DNA from: Oculina patagonica
Taxonomy: Eukaryota
Direction of reading: 5' to 3'
DNA length: 64,000 bases
NCBI RefSeq assembly: GCF_052425735.1
Contig: NC_135759.1
Coordinates: 31,682,001-31,746,000 of the forward strand
The notes below the pieces were generated by a model that was given only the letters and a program-made list of their open reading frames with translations, was not told the DNA's origin and ran no database searches. The position numbers and the translations under genes were made by a program. Of the stretch, positions 1-14,200 are shown piece by piece (position 1 is the first letter of the stretch; each line of letters opens with the position of its first letter).

Positions 1-1529
1 CTGATAAACAATAATTTTTCCGAAATTTTTGCAAGTCGAGTCAAAATATTACGTAGGATCTAGCGTTTAATATTTTTTTCGAAAGTTTTAAGAGGTAGAA
101 TTTTGTGTTTCGTTATGTAAGGTTTTCCATACTAGCCATCTTTGCAAGACTCCGCTAACATCATATATTTATCATAGATAATTAATTGTGTCATTTTCGG
201 TTTTGCTCGATCGAAGCATTATTATTTATGTAACTATTTTTGTAACTGCTGACAATGGTTAAACTGAAAACGTATTAATTGTCCGGTTTGCTCTGCAGTA
301 CGATGCCCTTCATATTTCATTTGATAAATTTGGTTTGCAGTCATTATAAACATCGTATTAACCAAACGTGGTCTGTCTGTACGGACCATCTTCATTATTA
401 TGGCCGTATCAAGCCTATGATGAAGCCACCGGTCAAGATACCTCTCATATAAACCTCAGCTGGACGTGGTTGGAACAAGTGCGGTTTTTAACAAATCGTG
501 AAAACCTCGAGGAGACAAAATAATCGGCAAATTTCACCTCGGCGATCGTCGTAGAAACTATTTCACCGGTATAAGTAACCACAAAAGAGTTCTCTTTTTC
601 GGGGGACGTGGGAGGGCTGAACGGATTGAAAAGGCTGGATCTCCCCTAACCCACGTTTCTATTGTACTATACAATTGACAAGTTGAACACGCCCTGAAAT
701 GAGTACGCATGGCTCGCAGCGTTTTCGCTGCATTACTGAAGCGTTGGATAAAGTAAAGGCGTAACAAGTAAATTCAAATTCTTCTTTTCGTAATGATTGT
801 GGCAGCGCGCATTGGCGGTGTTCACACTACAGTCGAAACTTCTTGTAAGCGGACACCTCTCCCAGCGCAGGCGATAGGGACAACTTCTAGGGCAGATCAT
901 TTGAAATTTTCTATTGTTTTTAACCCGCGGTAAGCGACCATTTTACATGATCCGATCACACTACCTGACACCTTGCAACCTTGATATAGCGAATAAGTTT
1001 GTTACATTAGAACATTCCTAAAATCAAAGGTTCACGTCAAAAGTGCAAAAACAAAACAAGTGCAAAAAGAAAGAGAGAACCGAACCGAACCGAACGGCGA
1101 ACGGATCAACCGAACCGAACCGAACCGAACCAACCCGAACCAAACCAAACCAAACCAGGACCTACTTCTTTATAATTGAATAAATGAAAAATTAGCCCTT
1201 GGTAGTAGTGGGTCTTTACCACAATCGAGGTATGAGTGTATAAAGTTTCTGGCGAATAGCGATTTTAGCGAGTTCGGCTAAAATCGCTAAATTTAGTGCT
1301 CGCTAAAATTTGTTCGCTCAATTTCAAGTGAGTTTGTTCCTTTACTGAACATTAATTTCCATCCGTATTCTCGGAAAATCGCTAAATTAAATAGTCGCTA
1401 AATCTTGCTCTGAACTGAAAATCGCTAAAATTAGTAGCCGCTAAAAATAAGAAAATCACTTCTGATCTAGAAAATTGAAGAACATTTTGGGTTAAACCTA
1501 GGATTAAACTGGGTTTATGTAAAACAGTT

Positions 1530-1665
1530 TCTAATTGGTCCATTTTGGCGTCACAGATTCTTTGAAGCGATTCTATTGGACAGTGTAAAAGCAGCCGTGG
1601 CGCTTGCAGTGGCGGGAACAGACAGCAGTGGCAAGACAGTGCTCTCGCTTCGATATAAAAGTTTT
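1530..1665 (+). promoter_or_regulatory. Putative promoter of the SLC25 carrier gene
   Basis: Two reverse CCAAT boxes (ATTGG near 1534 and 1576) and TATAAAA at 1654-1660, about 40 bp upstream of the exon-1 ATG at 1697. Confidence 0.45.
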
Positions 1666-1696
1666 ATTCCACAGTGAGGGAAAGTAAAGTTATTAT

Positions 1697-4600
1697 ATGG
1701 AAAAACCACACAGGTAAGCTCTATACAGTTCGTGTAATTTTAACAAAGAAACAGTGACTGATTCGAAGGGAAAACACCGTACTTACCGGGTTTAAAAAAA
1801 ATGAGACCTATTGCAAAAGCGAGTGTAGAAAAATTGGTAGTTCGATAACAAACGTCGAATCAAATTCAGTTTACGCAATTTATTTCTTTTTTTAAATCCT
1901 TTCGTAATGCATACACGACATTAGGATAAACAGAGAAAGTAAAGGTTTTTTTCGCTTTCAGAGATGGTTGGACACAAAATTGTCTTGATTTAATTTTTGC
2001 AGCTGGAATTAAAAGTCATGGTCACATACAATGACTTTCAAAAACCTTCTTTACATCGAAAACAAAGCTCACAAAAACAACGCATCTAATTTGCAGTTAC
2101 TTGCCCTAGTTTGATTTTTTTAGGTTCCTTGGCGAACTAGGAGCTCGCCAAGGAAACAAACTGAGGCATATTAATTATTAATCACGTCAAAAAGTATTTA
2201 GCTTCAAGAATCCAAAGAAATTCACACATGGATGTTTTGATACAGAGTCAGATCGATGTAGCCTAAAATTTTACACTTTTGTGTTCCGAGGCAAATTTAT
2301 CCGTCCAAAGGGGGAAAATTGAACACTGTTTCAGTATAAGATTTTCTATCAATAGAAACAAGAAAGCCCAACTGAGAACATATCCAAAATCGCAATCACA
2401 AAAACTACATTAGCTTACAGAGTGCAATCGTAGATGTGATGAATTCAATCAGTGAACACTACAGATTATTTTTCTCTTGTCATTGAATACGAATTTAATC
2501 AAGTCACATTAGGAGGCAAGGATTTTTTTTGTAAGCTTATGACCAAAACAACAATTTACGTGTTAAGGTATAAACTATTAATCAGGTTTGCTCCAACTGA
2601 AAAATTAAGCTTGCCTAATTATAAAGTCCATTCTTCATAAGTTAATTTATTTTTGGAATCAGTCAATGGGCTTTTTATTGACAAATTTTGACTGGAAAGT
2701 TAGAAGTGTTATTGATCTCTTTGAGGTATACAGCAAATTACTTTTTTATGTCAGCATATTATATAAAATATTTAAAACACCAAAGAACTACCCACTTTTA
2801 ACATTGGCTCTTATTTAACTCAAATGAGTTAAATTGCAATAATAAACAAAAACAAAAAACATGTAACTTAATTCACACATTCTGTTGGTACCTAATGTAT
2901 GTAGTAGCATCAACAATGTTTTAAGTCTTATATTATGTAAAAATATAAAAAATCTTAAGTTTTTAAGTTCGGCTCCAAAAATTTTCGAGAAGTGTACCTT
3001 TTGCAAGTATTAGAATTTCATAGATAGATCGAGTTTTGGAAATGTATGCATTTATATTAAGGAAATTAATTTTCTAGCAAATATGTTTCATTTATTATTC
3101 AATAGATGCGTTCCTGCTCATATATGATCAAAAGTTAACGATATCTGTATCCGTAAAAACAGATTCCTGCGTTTGTAGGTTGCGAAGATTCGTCCGAAAC
3201 TTGTAATGGCGCTCATAATTACTAGTTGTGGGTGTCCTGCACCTGTCCCGTTGACATCTTTGATAAAACAAGACTGCAGGACCTTGAGAATATCGTTGGA
3301 GCTCAATCAGCCTACGGCCACTCGGTAAGTATCAGGCGATATTCAATCACATCGAGGATATGTACTATTGTTTTCTTTCATTCACCAGCATCTTTACTAT
3401 CTAAAAACTACTTTTTTTTATATTTAGAAACAACAATGAGTGCATTACTAGAGTGGTGGGTGTTACCTGCACCTTCCCGCTGATCATTGTAAAACAAGAC
3501 TGCAGGACCAGAGAAATCTTGGAGCTAAAAAGCACTACAGCAACTTTTAAGTTGAGCGTTTTCACATCAAACTGTTGTTATTAATTCACGGCAGACCGTA
3601 AATTAAGGGAAATTTTACTGAACCTCAGTTTAAACGTGGGCTTTAAGAGTCCTGCGTATACGTTGTAATACGTCCGCTAAACCATGTTCATAGGGGTATT
3701 TAATTTACACCGTAGCCAGTACGGGAGGAGTGGGCAGTGTGGGAGGGGGGAAGGGGGGGGGGGGGGCAAACACCGCCAACCCCAACAAGGAGAAGCGCCA
3801 GCAAGGACGAACGGACTGAACGACGAGCGCCAGCGCCATGGTACGACGAGCGTGATATTCGGTGCAATTTATTCTATTTTTAGGGCGGACTGTTTATGGA
3901 AAGTAGCAAGAGCGGAAGGAGTGCGGGGTTTATACAAAGGTGAGAATAGAACAGACACATAACGCTTTATAATGTACTGAGTAAACTGGTTTAGAACAGA
4001 CGTGGACAGTTTACAGCTAAGGTTACATTTAGGCAACTGTATACAAACTGTAAATCTACCTAAATGTTGCTAATTTATCGCTCTCTTTACAACATCAAGG
4101 ACGTTACAATGATACAGTCTATAACTTGCTACCTAATGAGTACCTTCAGGGAATAGTTCCCGGATTTATCTCCTACCCGATCCTCTGGAGACCAGGATTA
4201 ACTGTTACTAAAAGATGGTTCTCTATAAAACATGAAGGAAGTTTAAGTGTATAGCTTGCTACCTTCAAGAAAAGATCTCGGCTGGGTTTGTCGTTCTATT
4301 TGACGCTCAGACCAAGGACAGTTAGCGGGGCCAGGGAAGGTCTACACGGTCGCCCGTATAAGACTTTTTCTCTCTCTCTCTCTAAGATTTTTTTAGACTC
4401 ACATCCCTAACGGTTGAAGCGACTACAATAGCTTGACTTTCACTTGTTCAATTTTTGCCTGTTTCTGTTGCTAGGCATGGGAGTAAACTTGTTGCTGATA
4501 AACCCAGAGAAGGCTATAAAACTGGCTGTAAACGACCAAATACGACAAATGTATGGCGGAAAAAGGTAATGCCTGAAATGTTACTGGTCTTAATTCTAAG

Positions 4601-7105
4601 CCTTCTTCTTTTTTTGCTTTAAGAAACGTAATTATATAGTTGCATTTCATTTTAACAAAAATACGTCGTAAATTCGTCTGACAGAAGAGCACGATTACTC
4701 TCAAAGCCATCATATATTTTTTACGCGCGTTTGGCCGTCTAAATTCAAGTCAATCACGTCAAGTGATGCAGCTAGAACGGGAGGGGGGAGGGGTACTAAT
4801 ATATCAATAATATCATTCAAACGCGTGCATACTTCTAGTATTTGGTATACCAAAAGCTGAACATAAATTACCTTGTTTTCGACTCTTTCTAAGCTAATCA
4901 CATCAACAAACACACACTTTCCTAACTGCACAGTAGGGCAAACTCGCAGTAAAGTGATTTAATTGTATTTTTGGCAATACCTTGCAGGTGCACACTGCCT
5001 TTATCCAAAGAGATGATAGCTGGCGGAGCTGCTGGGTTTTGTCAGGTTGGTGCTATATATCAGTTAACAAAATAAATTTGTTTAAACCCCTATCCGTTTA
5101 CTAGCAAGAGGCAAGACGAGGCACTGCGGCGAGTTTAGCCAAAAGTGAGTTTGGAAAATAATGCCCAGTTAAACGAGATCGATTTTCTGAACAATACTCT
5201 ATAGAAATTCGAAAATAGCGTTCAAGGGGACATGCTCTCAGACCCCAGCAAATCGAACCTTCGTCGATCGCAGATCTTGCCTTAAAAGGTCCTCGTTTTC
5301 ACTGTCTGAGTAAATATGTACCACTTCTGTTTCACAGGTGATAGTTACGACACCAATGGAAATGCTTAAAATACAGCTTCAAATGGCAGGAACACAAAAC
5401 ACAAGTAAGTGACAAGTACACTGTGGCTCACCTTTATCCGGTCACCACATTTTTCGCCGAGCATCAAATTTGGCAACCCTTTAAAACACGGGCGGAGTTT
5501 GGTGTTCTGCTATGCGCATTTAGGATAAGAATTTTTCTAAGTTACTGCTCACTGTAATTTTGTGTGTAAAGCAACGGTTTAACCATGGTTTCGCAAGCCG
5601 CGGACCAACTTCATTTCCAGGCTCTCTCTCTCTTCTCAGTCTTGCTCCCTGGAGCGGAATTTGGAGAGACCCTATAGTAGATAACGAGCAATCTCTCTTT
5701 TCCCTTAGCTCGCCTTCGACCGAGAAGTGCGGAATGCGACGGGAACTGGGGGAGGTGAGAGGCTGCTCATAGCCAACAAGGTTGGTAACGAATAGTATTT
5801 TTTTTTCTTCAGCTGGTCCCCGAATGACTAATGCAGCTACTGCAGTGGCAGCTGCCAGTTCGAATTTAAGGACGTATGGCACGAAGTCAGGAACAGCCCC
5901 CAAATCCGCCATAAAAATAGCACACGATCTGATGAGAAGCAAGGGTATTAGTGGCATTTACAGAGGACTTGGGGCCACATTAGCAAGGTATAATGAATGC
6001 TATTCTGTATTAAAAGTAACTGGGATTTAACAAAGGAATCCGCGGATTTGAGTGCAATCCGCGAATTTCCGGTTCTGGTAATAAAGGCTGATCGTTTCTT
6101 ATTTCTCCGCAGGGACGTACCATTTTCCTGTATCTACTTCCCTCTGTTTGCCTATCTTAGGCTCGAGGTTAGAAAATAAAGAATTTACTAATAACTTTGT
6201 CACTTAAACTAGATGTCAATATTTTATACTCGTTTCAGAAGATTTGCTTAATTAAAGTATGAAATCATCATTTGACTTCTTTCTTCAGTTTCAGGGAGAA
6301 GGAAAACACAGTGAAAACCCAGGTCCTTTACACTGCTTGTTAGCTGGCTGTACAGCTGGTGAGTTTCTTCGGATCACTTAATTTCTCGATTGCAGACTGC
6401 TAGGATGGGCAAGAAGGATTCTAGCCTTGCGATCGGGTGTTCTACTTTGTTTTGGCGGCGGAAGACAGAGAGTCGAAGAGAGTTCCTTTCTTTCCGCCCC
6501 TCCTCCGCTACCAAAAAGAACAAACGTCGCCCGATCGCAAGTTAGAACGATTCTGAACGTTCTTTTTGCCAGACTACAAGTAGCCTCTTTCTTTTCCTGA
6601 TTTTTTAATAAATAAATTTAACCTCACTGGTAGTGTCTTTAAAAAGAGAGGTCGCTTACTGCAAGTAGAGACTATCAGAACTACCTAAAATGCTCCAATA
6701 TTAAAAACTTATCTTTTTGAAGTCCAGCAACCCTTTCTTCCTGCAATCTTGATTTTCCTATTATATTCTCCTGGCACACCTGAGATTCGCGCCATTAATT
6801 CAACCCGACAAGTTCTAATTTTCAAAATCTTTCACATTTGTTTAGCAATGATAGGCAGTGCTGCAGTCACACCACTGGATGTTGTGAAGACTAGGCTACA
6901 GGTGATACGGAGCGGAGGCGAAGCAGCCTACAATGGCATTCTGGACTGTGTTCGAAAAACTTACGTAAATGAAGGAATAAGGGCTTTCTACAAAGGAACA
7001 GTGCCTAGAATGATAGTAATTGCCCCGCTGTTTGGAATAGCTCAAATGGTTTACTTCCTGGGAGTTGCCGAGAGAATTCTTGGAATTGAAGTGGGCGAAA
7101 TATGA
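1697..7105 (+). CDS. SLC25A22: Mitochondrial glutamate carrier (SLC25A22/SLC25A18-like), 10 coding exons; exon 2 is corrupted or duplicated in this sequence
   Basis: GT-AG exons: 1697-1713 (MEKPH), exon 2 as two broken copies at about 3179-3324 and 3430-3547 ([13 protein letters not shown]), 3884-3939 ([17 protein letters not shown]), 4475-4565 ([21 protein letters not shown]), 4988-5045 ([12 protein letters not shown]), 5338-5404 ([15 protein letters not shown]), 5813-5987 ([12 protein letters not shown]), 6113-6167 ([13 protein letters not shown]), 6289-6358 and 6846-7105 ([11 protein letters not shown]...[12 protein letters not shown]). The Px[DE]xxKxR carrier motifs and the glutamate-carrier signatures [19 protein letters not shown] and PLFGIAQ are present. 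Confidence 0.93.
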
Positions 7106-8284
7106 CGAGATGAATTCACTTAAAATGAAACTCAGCGTTTATTAAGTATCTGTTGATACAAATCCAATAACAAGCTGAGTGGGGCCAGGTGCCGCCATGA
7201 AAATAATGCTTGTGGAAAATACGGATTTGTAAATACACAATAATCACGAAATCAATTAAAATCTTTTTGTATTAATTTATTGAAACGATATGGGGAAATT
7301 TGACTTGGTAAAATATTCGATTGTACAGTATTGTTCGTTGTTGGAGGACTTTCAAACAAAGAATCAAATCATTTTCTAAAATTGTAAATAACAGCAGAGA
7401 TGTGTAACTGGTTTACTAACTACTGGGAGATGTACTAAAGATGTAAAAAGGCGCTTAGCTAGAAATACGATAGAACGTCACTAGAATGAATAAAATTCAT
7501 CATGTTCCTTAATAAAAAAAACAGAGGTTACCTTAATAAAAGTTATTGTCGTTCTTGGGCGTTTATGAGAGTAGCGCGATTTTGGTGGGGGTAGGGGGGT
7601 AGGGAGGGAGGGCATGAGTGCAAGTAAACAGCGTGAACAGGGAGAATGGCAATAAACTCATCATCCTCTGGTCAAAGCTGTCATTGGTTTTCACTGTTAG
7701 TTGTATTCAATTTTTCAGTCACGCACAAAACTGATACTTTATGAAAAGAATTTGTCGGTTTTTTTTTAATTGCCCCAATAAATAAAGGAAAGGCTCCAAA
7801 GCTGATCTGATATTTTCATTAAAAAAAAATCAAATATAAAGGTGATGAGACACATGGTAAATTTCTTAATTTTATTAATGTATTAATTCGGAGATTTATT
7901 TTCATATCAGAGCATTTAGATTTATTTTCATATCAAGGCCAGACCCACAAAAGGCCAAACCGAAAGCGTTACAATTCTGTCCACCATAATTACGAATGGA
8001 AAAAGAAACAAGTTTAGAAGAATGAGACATGCCGCAAACACGTTTCTAGTGATGAAAAAAAAAAGAAGGAAAGAAAAAAAAAAAAACAACTAAACACACC
8101 CATTTAATTACCGATCAAGGCTTTGACATTTTTCTAACAACACTTCAAAGCAAATTAGCTAATATACACATTTTTCTTTTTATGAACAGATCGAAAGACA
8201 TTATATTTTGTCTAGTTTAAATTAACGTCCGAAGTAAAAGAAATTTTGTAGTCAAGAAGACAGTTAACTACCAAAAGAAAGACA

Positions 8285-11235
8285 TCAGTCCAAGAATACT
8301 CTCCGTGTGTTGGCCCCAAACAATGTCTCTCTTATCTCTGGCATCATCTGCAAAGGTTTAAGAAGAAATTTTTAACAATTTCAACAGTTTTGTTTACAAA
8401 AACGCTTTTTAAAAAGAACAAAATGATGTATCAGTGCATAGAGATCTACAAACCTGTTTACTCATCATTTCCAGCCTGCTCTCTAATGTATTGACAACTT
8501 TAATTCGGCCTTGTTTGGCTAGCAATTCAACACCACCAGCACTGCAACAGAACAAGGGAAAATATAACAACTACAGGGCAGACACTGTAGTAGTTTGGAG
8601 GCAAAGTTATGCCAGCATTAAAGCCACTTTGTCATTACACCAGCCTCTCAAATGCAGTCAGCCAGACACTGGAAAGATCTTTGTTGCTGTAGTAAAGTGT
8701 CACAATATCCACAAGGCCATAAAGGGCTCCATTACATTATTTTGTTTGATGAGCTGGCAGATGCCATCCCTAGTCACATCCATTCAGTATACAATACAGT
8801 GGCCATAAAAAGTGGTGTAAGGTGGGACTCATACGGTATCAACACCGCCAAATCTCGTATTTGTTTCCGTAGCATGAAGCAACTAGGAATATTACTTCTC
8901 TTCCTGGATGGGATGCTAAGCTGTCATTTGGAAGTTTGAAACTGGGACTGGTGTCGTAGCGACTCCGGTCCTTTACCGGAGCATGTGATGCCTGCTGGAT
9001 AAAATTGCTCCTGACTACATTCCGCCACCCACCCACATAAATTATCAGGCTGTCCTAACAATTAATTTTATACCCCCCATTATAAAAGAAAAACTTCAAA
9101 AATCCTTTAGTTACCAATCAGATCCTAAGAATGTCTGCTCATCAACTGAAACTTCTGTATTCTTCTTTGTTGCTTTTTTGTATTCCTCTACTGCTGCATC
9201 TTTTACATTCTGCAAATTGAAAGGATAATAATTTAACTAGGTGGGAGGTCTCTTAGTTCCTTGCCCCCACCAGGGGATAGGGCCGGAGGTGAGAGGTGCG
9301 GTGGCCTAATGGTTAGTGTGCTGGACTCCAGTTTCTGGATTGTTACTGACTATGTTGCCCTTTTCTGGTGCTAATTAGATTAGGCCAGACAGGAAAATAT
9401 TTGTCTCTGGTTTACAACACAGCTGAGGGAGATATTTTGTCTGCAAACCATGACCTTGAGCCAAAAAAAGGCCTGCCCACAGTGTATCCTTCCTATGAAG
9501 TCAATAAGGGCATCATCTTTGAAAAGCACACACTTTTTACATGTGTAGTATACTTTGTTATGCAAAGTACAAGAAAGGATACCATGTTAGCAAGTTTTAA
9601 CAGCAAAAAAAGTACATACAGTGGAACCCCGATAAAACGATATGCCAAGGGGGCAGTAAAATTATATCATTATATCGAGGAATCGTTATATCGGGGTTCC
9701 GTTCCATACATTTTACTTTTGCCGGGACATAACACATTCATCGTTATATCGGGAATATCGTTATATCGAAGATCGTTATATTGGGGTTCCAGTGTATCTA
9801 ATTCTGTAATACATGTTTTAAGGGTGACAATCTGACACAATGGAAACCTTATTACACAACTATACCTTCACAACATCAAGGTCTTGCTGGCGACACCGTA
9901 TAGACACAGTTGGTTCAAGAAGTTGAAATAATCCCTGTAAAGTAGAGAAAAAAGGTTTCTATATTAGGCATGACCAATAGTCACATAATTATGATATCTG
10001 AAGAATAATAATGGATTTGACAGCTTCGATGGTACAAAATAAAACCCTAATTTGTTCATCACTTTCTGGCAAGGTGTGACTGCCACCTGTAGTCTGTAAA
10101 AATTGGAGCCCTAAGCATACATACCGTATTTATTCGCCTATAAGCCGAGGCATTTTTTCAAAAATTTTGCAACGAATCTGCTAAAATTGTTTGGAAAAAG
10201 GGGGTTCGGCTTATAGCCAAGAGTTTAAGTATTTTTTTTCTCTCTCAGTTATTCAAAACCAAAGAAAATGTCAAGAAAATTCCGTGTTCGGCTTATAGCC
10301 AAGTCAGAATTAATAAAACACAATAAAAACACAATGAAATTGTTGGTCATAAACTTTTATATAATTGGTGGCTCCTAAAGGAGCCGTTTGTTTGTAAAGA
10401 GCTTTCAACTGTTAAAGTTTACTCGCCATCTGCGTCGCTCTCACACTCGCTGTCAGTTTCAAATTTGTTGTCTTAAGCTTTGTCGTCATCTTCGAATTCC
10501 TGGGCGTCTTCGGTGTAAACCTCGTCGTCCTCTGTCCCATCCAAAGCGTTTCAAATTCCGCAGGTCTTGAAGGACTTTATCACCTTTTTTTTTTGACAAG
10601 CTTAAGCCTATTGCCAGGTCTCTCAAGTTTGGGGTCTCGGCTTATAGCCGGGGTCGGCTTATAGGCGAATAAATACGGTAATTTTGTCCCAGCAACAGTT
10701 CTTTTAAAAAACATATTAATGCACAATTTATTGGTCAATAACCACTCCCTGTAGATCCAATGTGAATCACATCTTATACCCATGATTGTCTCTCCACAAA
10801 CCATCCATTAAAAAAGTCCAAACCGATTATTTTTTATGGCCGTCTTTTTGACAAAATTCACCCCACAAGGCAAGATAGAAAGATATAATGATATCATAAT
10901 GATATCAGCAAGGAAGTCTAATTACTTGAATTCAACATTGTTCCATAAAGAAATTTTAAAAGACAACTTGGATGCAATGCAATGTTGGAATGCTTTTGCT
11001 TGATTTTTACCACATATACAAGTAGCCTGCATATATTGCACTATAATTGTGGTATAATATACCAAAATTCCATGATATGGTATTTCTGTTAACTCATATA
11101 AGACCTCTAACCTGCATAATTAATCCCTTAAGAACTTGTCCATATTGAGCCTTGTCTTTTGTTACCTTACCAAGTTGATTAACTGCTTCATCAAGTATAC
11201 CCTAGTGTAGAGAAAACAGTCATTGAGCAGACAAA

Positions 11236-11271
<36 letters not shown>

Positions 11272-14200
11272 GTTTATTAACAGTATATCCATACTACATG
11301 GCTCTTCACCTGTTAATACTAACTAAATATAAAAACAAATTACAATTTGATATAAAAGACAAAAAGAAAAATTCCTAAAGCTAAAAACTTACAATTAATA
11401 TAGAAAGACAAAAATTCCTATAGCTAACATAAAAAAAGTACAATTTGATATAAAAGACAAAGAGAAAAAAATTCCTAAAGCTAAAAAATTACAATTAATA
11501 TAAAAAGACAAAAATTCCTATAGCTAAAAATATTAATATTAAAATAATATTAATATTAAAAGCTACAAAGTAAGGTAGGGCCTGGTGTTGAGGGACGTGG
11601 CTCATTAGACCAGAGCTTATCCTAGTTTTGAATCAGCTAGAAGTATTATTACTCTCTCCTGGATGGGATGCTAGTCCATTGCAGGGTTGCCATCCCCCAG
11701 CATTAAATTCACCTGTACCCATTTATGCACCTGGGTGGAGAGAGGCACTATGAGAGTAAAGTGTCTAGCCCAAGAAAATGAATGCAGTGCCCTTGCTCAA
11801 TCCAGAGTCTGGCGCACTTACCATTAGGCCAGTGTGCCCTACAAAGCCATTGTAGCTAGACAAAATACAAAACCTACTAACCAATTTTTTTATTTATTTA
11901 ATATTTGTTTATTGCTTGGATTTTTTGGCTCTTAGAAGCAGCTGCTTGTTTTTGAAGCGCAAGTTCGTTGGTTTCGTGTCTCTTTGCTTTTATTTCAGAT
12001 TATCTAATTGTGAACTACAAATCACCATTTTAAATTATAAGGACCCATAATTTAAACCTAAAATATTGACATATTTGTCTTTGAAAGAATCTCTATTTTG
12101 CCAGAGGTAGTTGATTCATCATCAACTGAGACTGAATTTTCTCTAGTCTTTTGCTTGTTGCCTAGTGTTCAGCTTAGAAGTAACCTTGTGTGATATTGGG
12201 GCAATAATTTACAAAGATTAACAAAATGAAGGTATAATAATCAAGCCTGAGATAGTTTTCCTATTTGGTGTTTTTTTCATATCATTATTACTTAGTACAG
12301 GCCTAGGCCTTGTTAATTTTAATGTTTGTTTTACCTTAACATGGTCATCCTGTGCCTTGAGGGTTTTCAGCCTGGACTGGTTTAATTGATTTGACCTCTG
12401 ACTAAATACAAAGAAATGTCATACACATGTAATTATTTTCTTGCAAAGTCTGTTTACATACCACCCAAACTAATGTTGGATTTGTTATAATCATTCTAGT
12501 GAAAGGCATGCAAAAATGTTATAAGAATTTCTGTTATATTACGTCATGAAATAGGCCATTTCCGAGTTACCTTGCCCTTTCACGAGCAGGTGCGACCCAT
12601 GAATGAGTTTCACCACATGTCCTGCAAAACTCATATTGAATGGCGAGACAGGGGGACATTGTATCGGAAATGGCCTATTTGTAGGTATACTAATTGTATG
12701 TACTGTACATGTTATAAATGTAAAACTATCTAATGGTTTTGACAGATGGAACTAAACTAAAAAAAGCATGTTACACTTATCAAATACTTTAGCTGAACTG
12801 AATTATAAAAAAGCAACATTGAAAAAGACATTCACAACAATTATACACATGTTATATGGAATACTTATAACAACAACTTATTTATAATTAAATATCCAGA
12901 CATACATTTTCTTTTGTAGTTCCACTTGTTTTTCTTTCTTTTCAAAAAAGTTCATTATCTTTAGACGCTCCTGCTGTACCAGGCGACCTTTCTCAATATT
13001 GAACTCTTCCTCTGCCTGTTATAAAATAAAATTCATGTTGACCACTATACATGTATGAAATGGATGACAGAATTACTAGCATTTAGTTTTGGAAAAAAAG
13101 TCCTGGGATCCAATGTATCAAAATTTTATGTGCACACAAGTGCTTGCATGCAAACTGACAAGTTAACTTTCTTTGCAAGCTATTTTCACACACAATTTGT
13201 TTTAAGATCTTAGCCTCTGACAAGAAGATTCACATATAAGAGAGAAGGATGTGTATTAAATGACTCACAAGTGACTTAAATATTGAAAGACTATAAAGAC
13301 ATCTATTATTATTATTAATATACTGTATTATTTTCTTTTTTGGATTAAAGGGTGAGATCATGTTATTCTGGACTTTCTTTATTGCTTTTTCTTGGAATTA
13401 ATATTTTGGCTTACAATAATTCTCATCAGAAATAATTCCTGGCATCTGGAGGACACCAGAGGCTTCTCATTTGTGCACCTCAGCATTTTTTTTACACATA
13501 TTCATCACAGTTTGTGTTTAAAGGCAATCCCGGTGACCACTTACAGAGTAGCAAAATCATACATTTACATCAATATTAAGTACAAGTAATTATATTGCTA
13601 GCTTGCAACCACGTGACAAAGCAGCCATGTTGGGGGTCAAAACAATAAAATAATTTTTTGCAAAATTTGCATGACAAAAAAGTAAATTCCCAGCAGAGGG
13701 AAACGCTTTGTTTTTGTCCCCCAGCATGGCCACCGTGAAGTCAGTTGCAAGCCAGCAATTAGTTGCAGTCTCTATCACTATGAACTCTTTGCACTTAAGT
13801 AATGGATTTTCTTGCTAGACAATTACAACCAAAGGAAATAGTAGTAGGGAGTTGCAATCACTATCTCACATAGCTTATAAAACAGCTCTGTTTTTTACAT
13901 GTATATCTTTAAAATCTAATAGAGATCACAGCCACATCATTTCGCTCCCTTGAATGGTTGAAAGAACCCTTGCCTACAGCTCAGGTTTTCTTTACACTAT
14001 CTAGCGAGCAAATTATATAGCTATGACCTTTATTACAGTACAAAGATTTAGAAATGGAGGTTTTGTTTGTTTCAATCAATACAATCAAACCAAATCAAGC
14101 CAACTCAGATGAACCGACTAGGAAATCAAAAGCAATCCAACTGACACAACTTGTTTCTTTTGTCGTCAAGCATAGAACAAAATTTAAAATTGTTGATTTT

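Noticed and set aside
1040-1160. (AACCG/AACCA)n repeat
   Set aside because: T-poor like the other suspect segments; either a simple microsatellite or a dropout artefact, and not telomeric or CRISPR.
1250-1450. Repeated AATCGCTAAA motifs with spacers
   Set aside because: Short degenerate subterminal transposon repeats; eukaryotic context with no cas genes.
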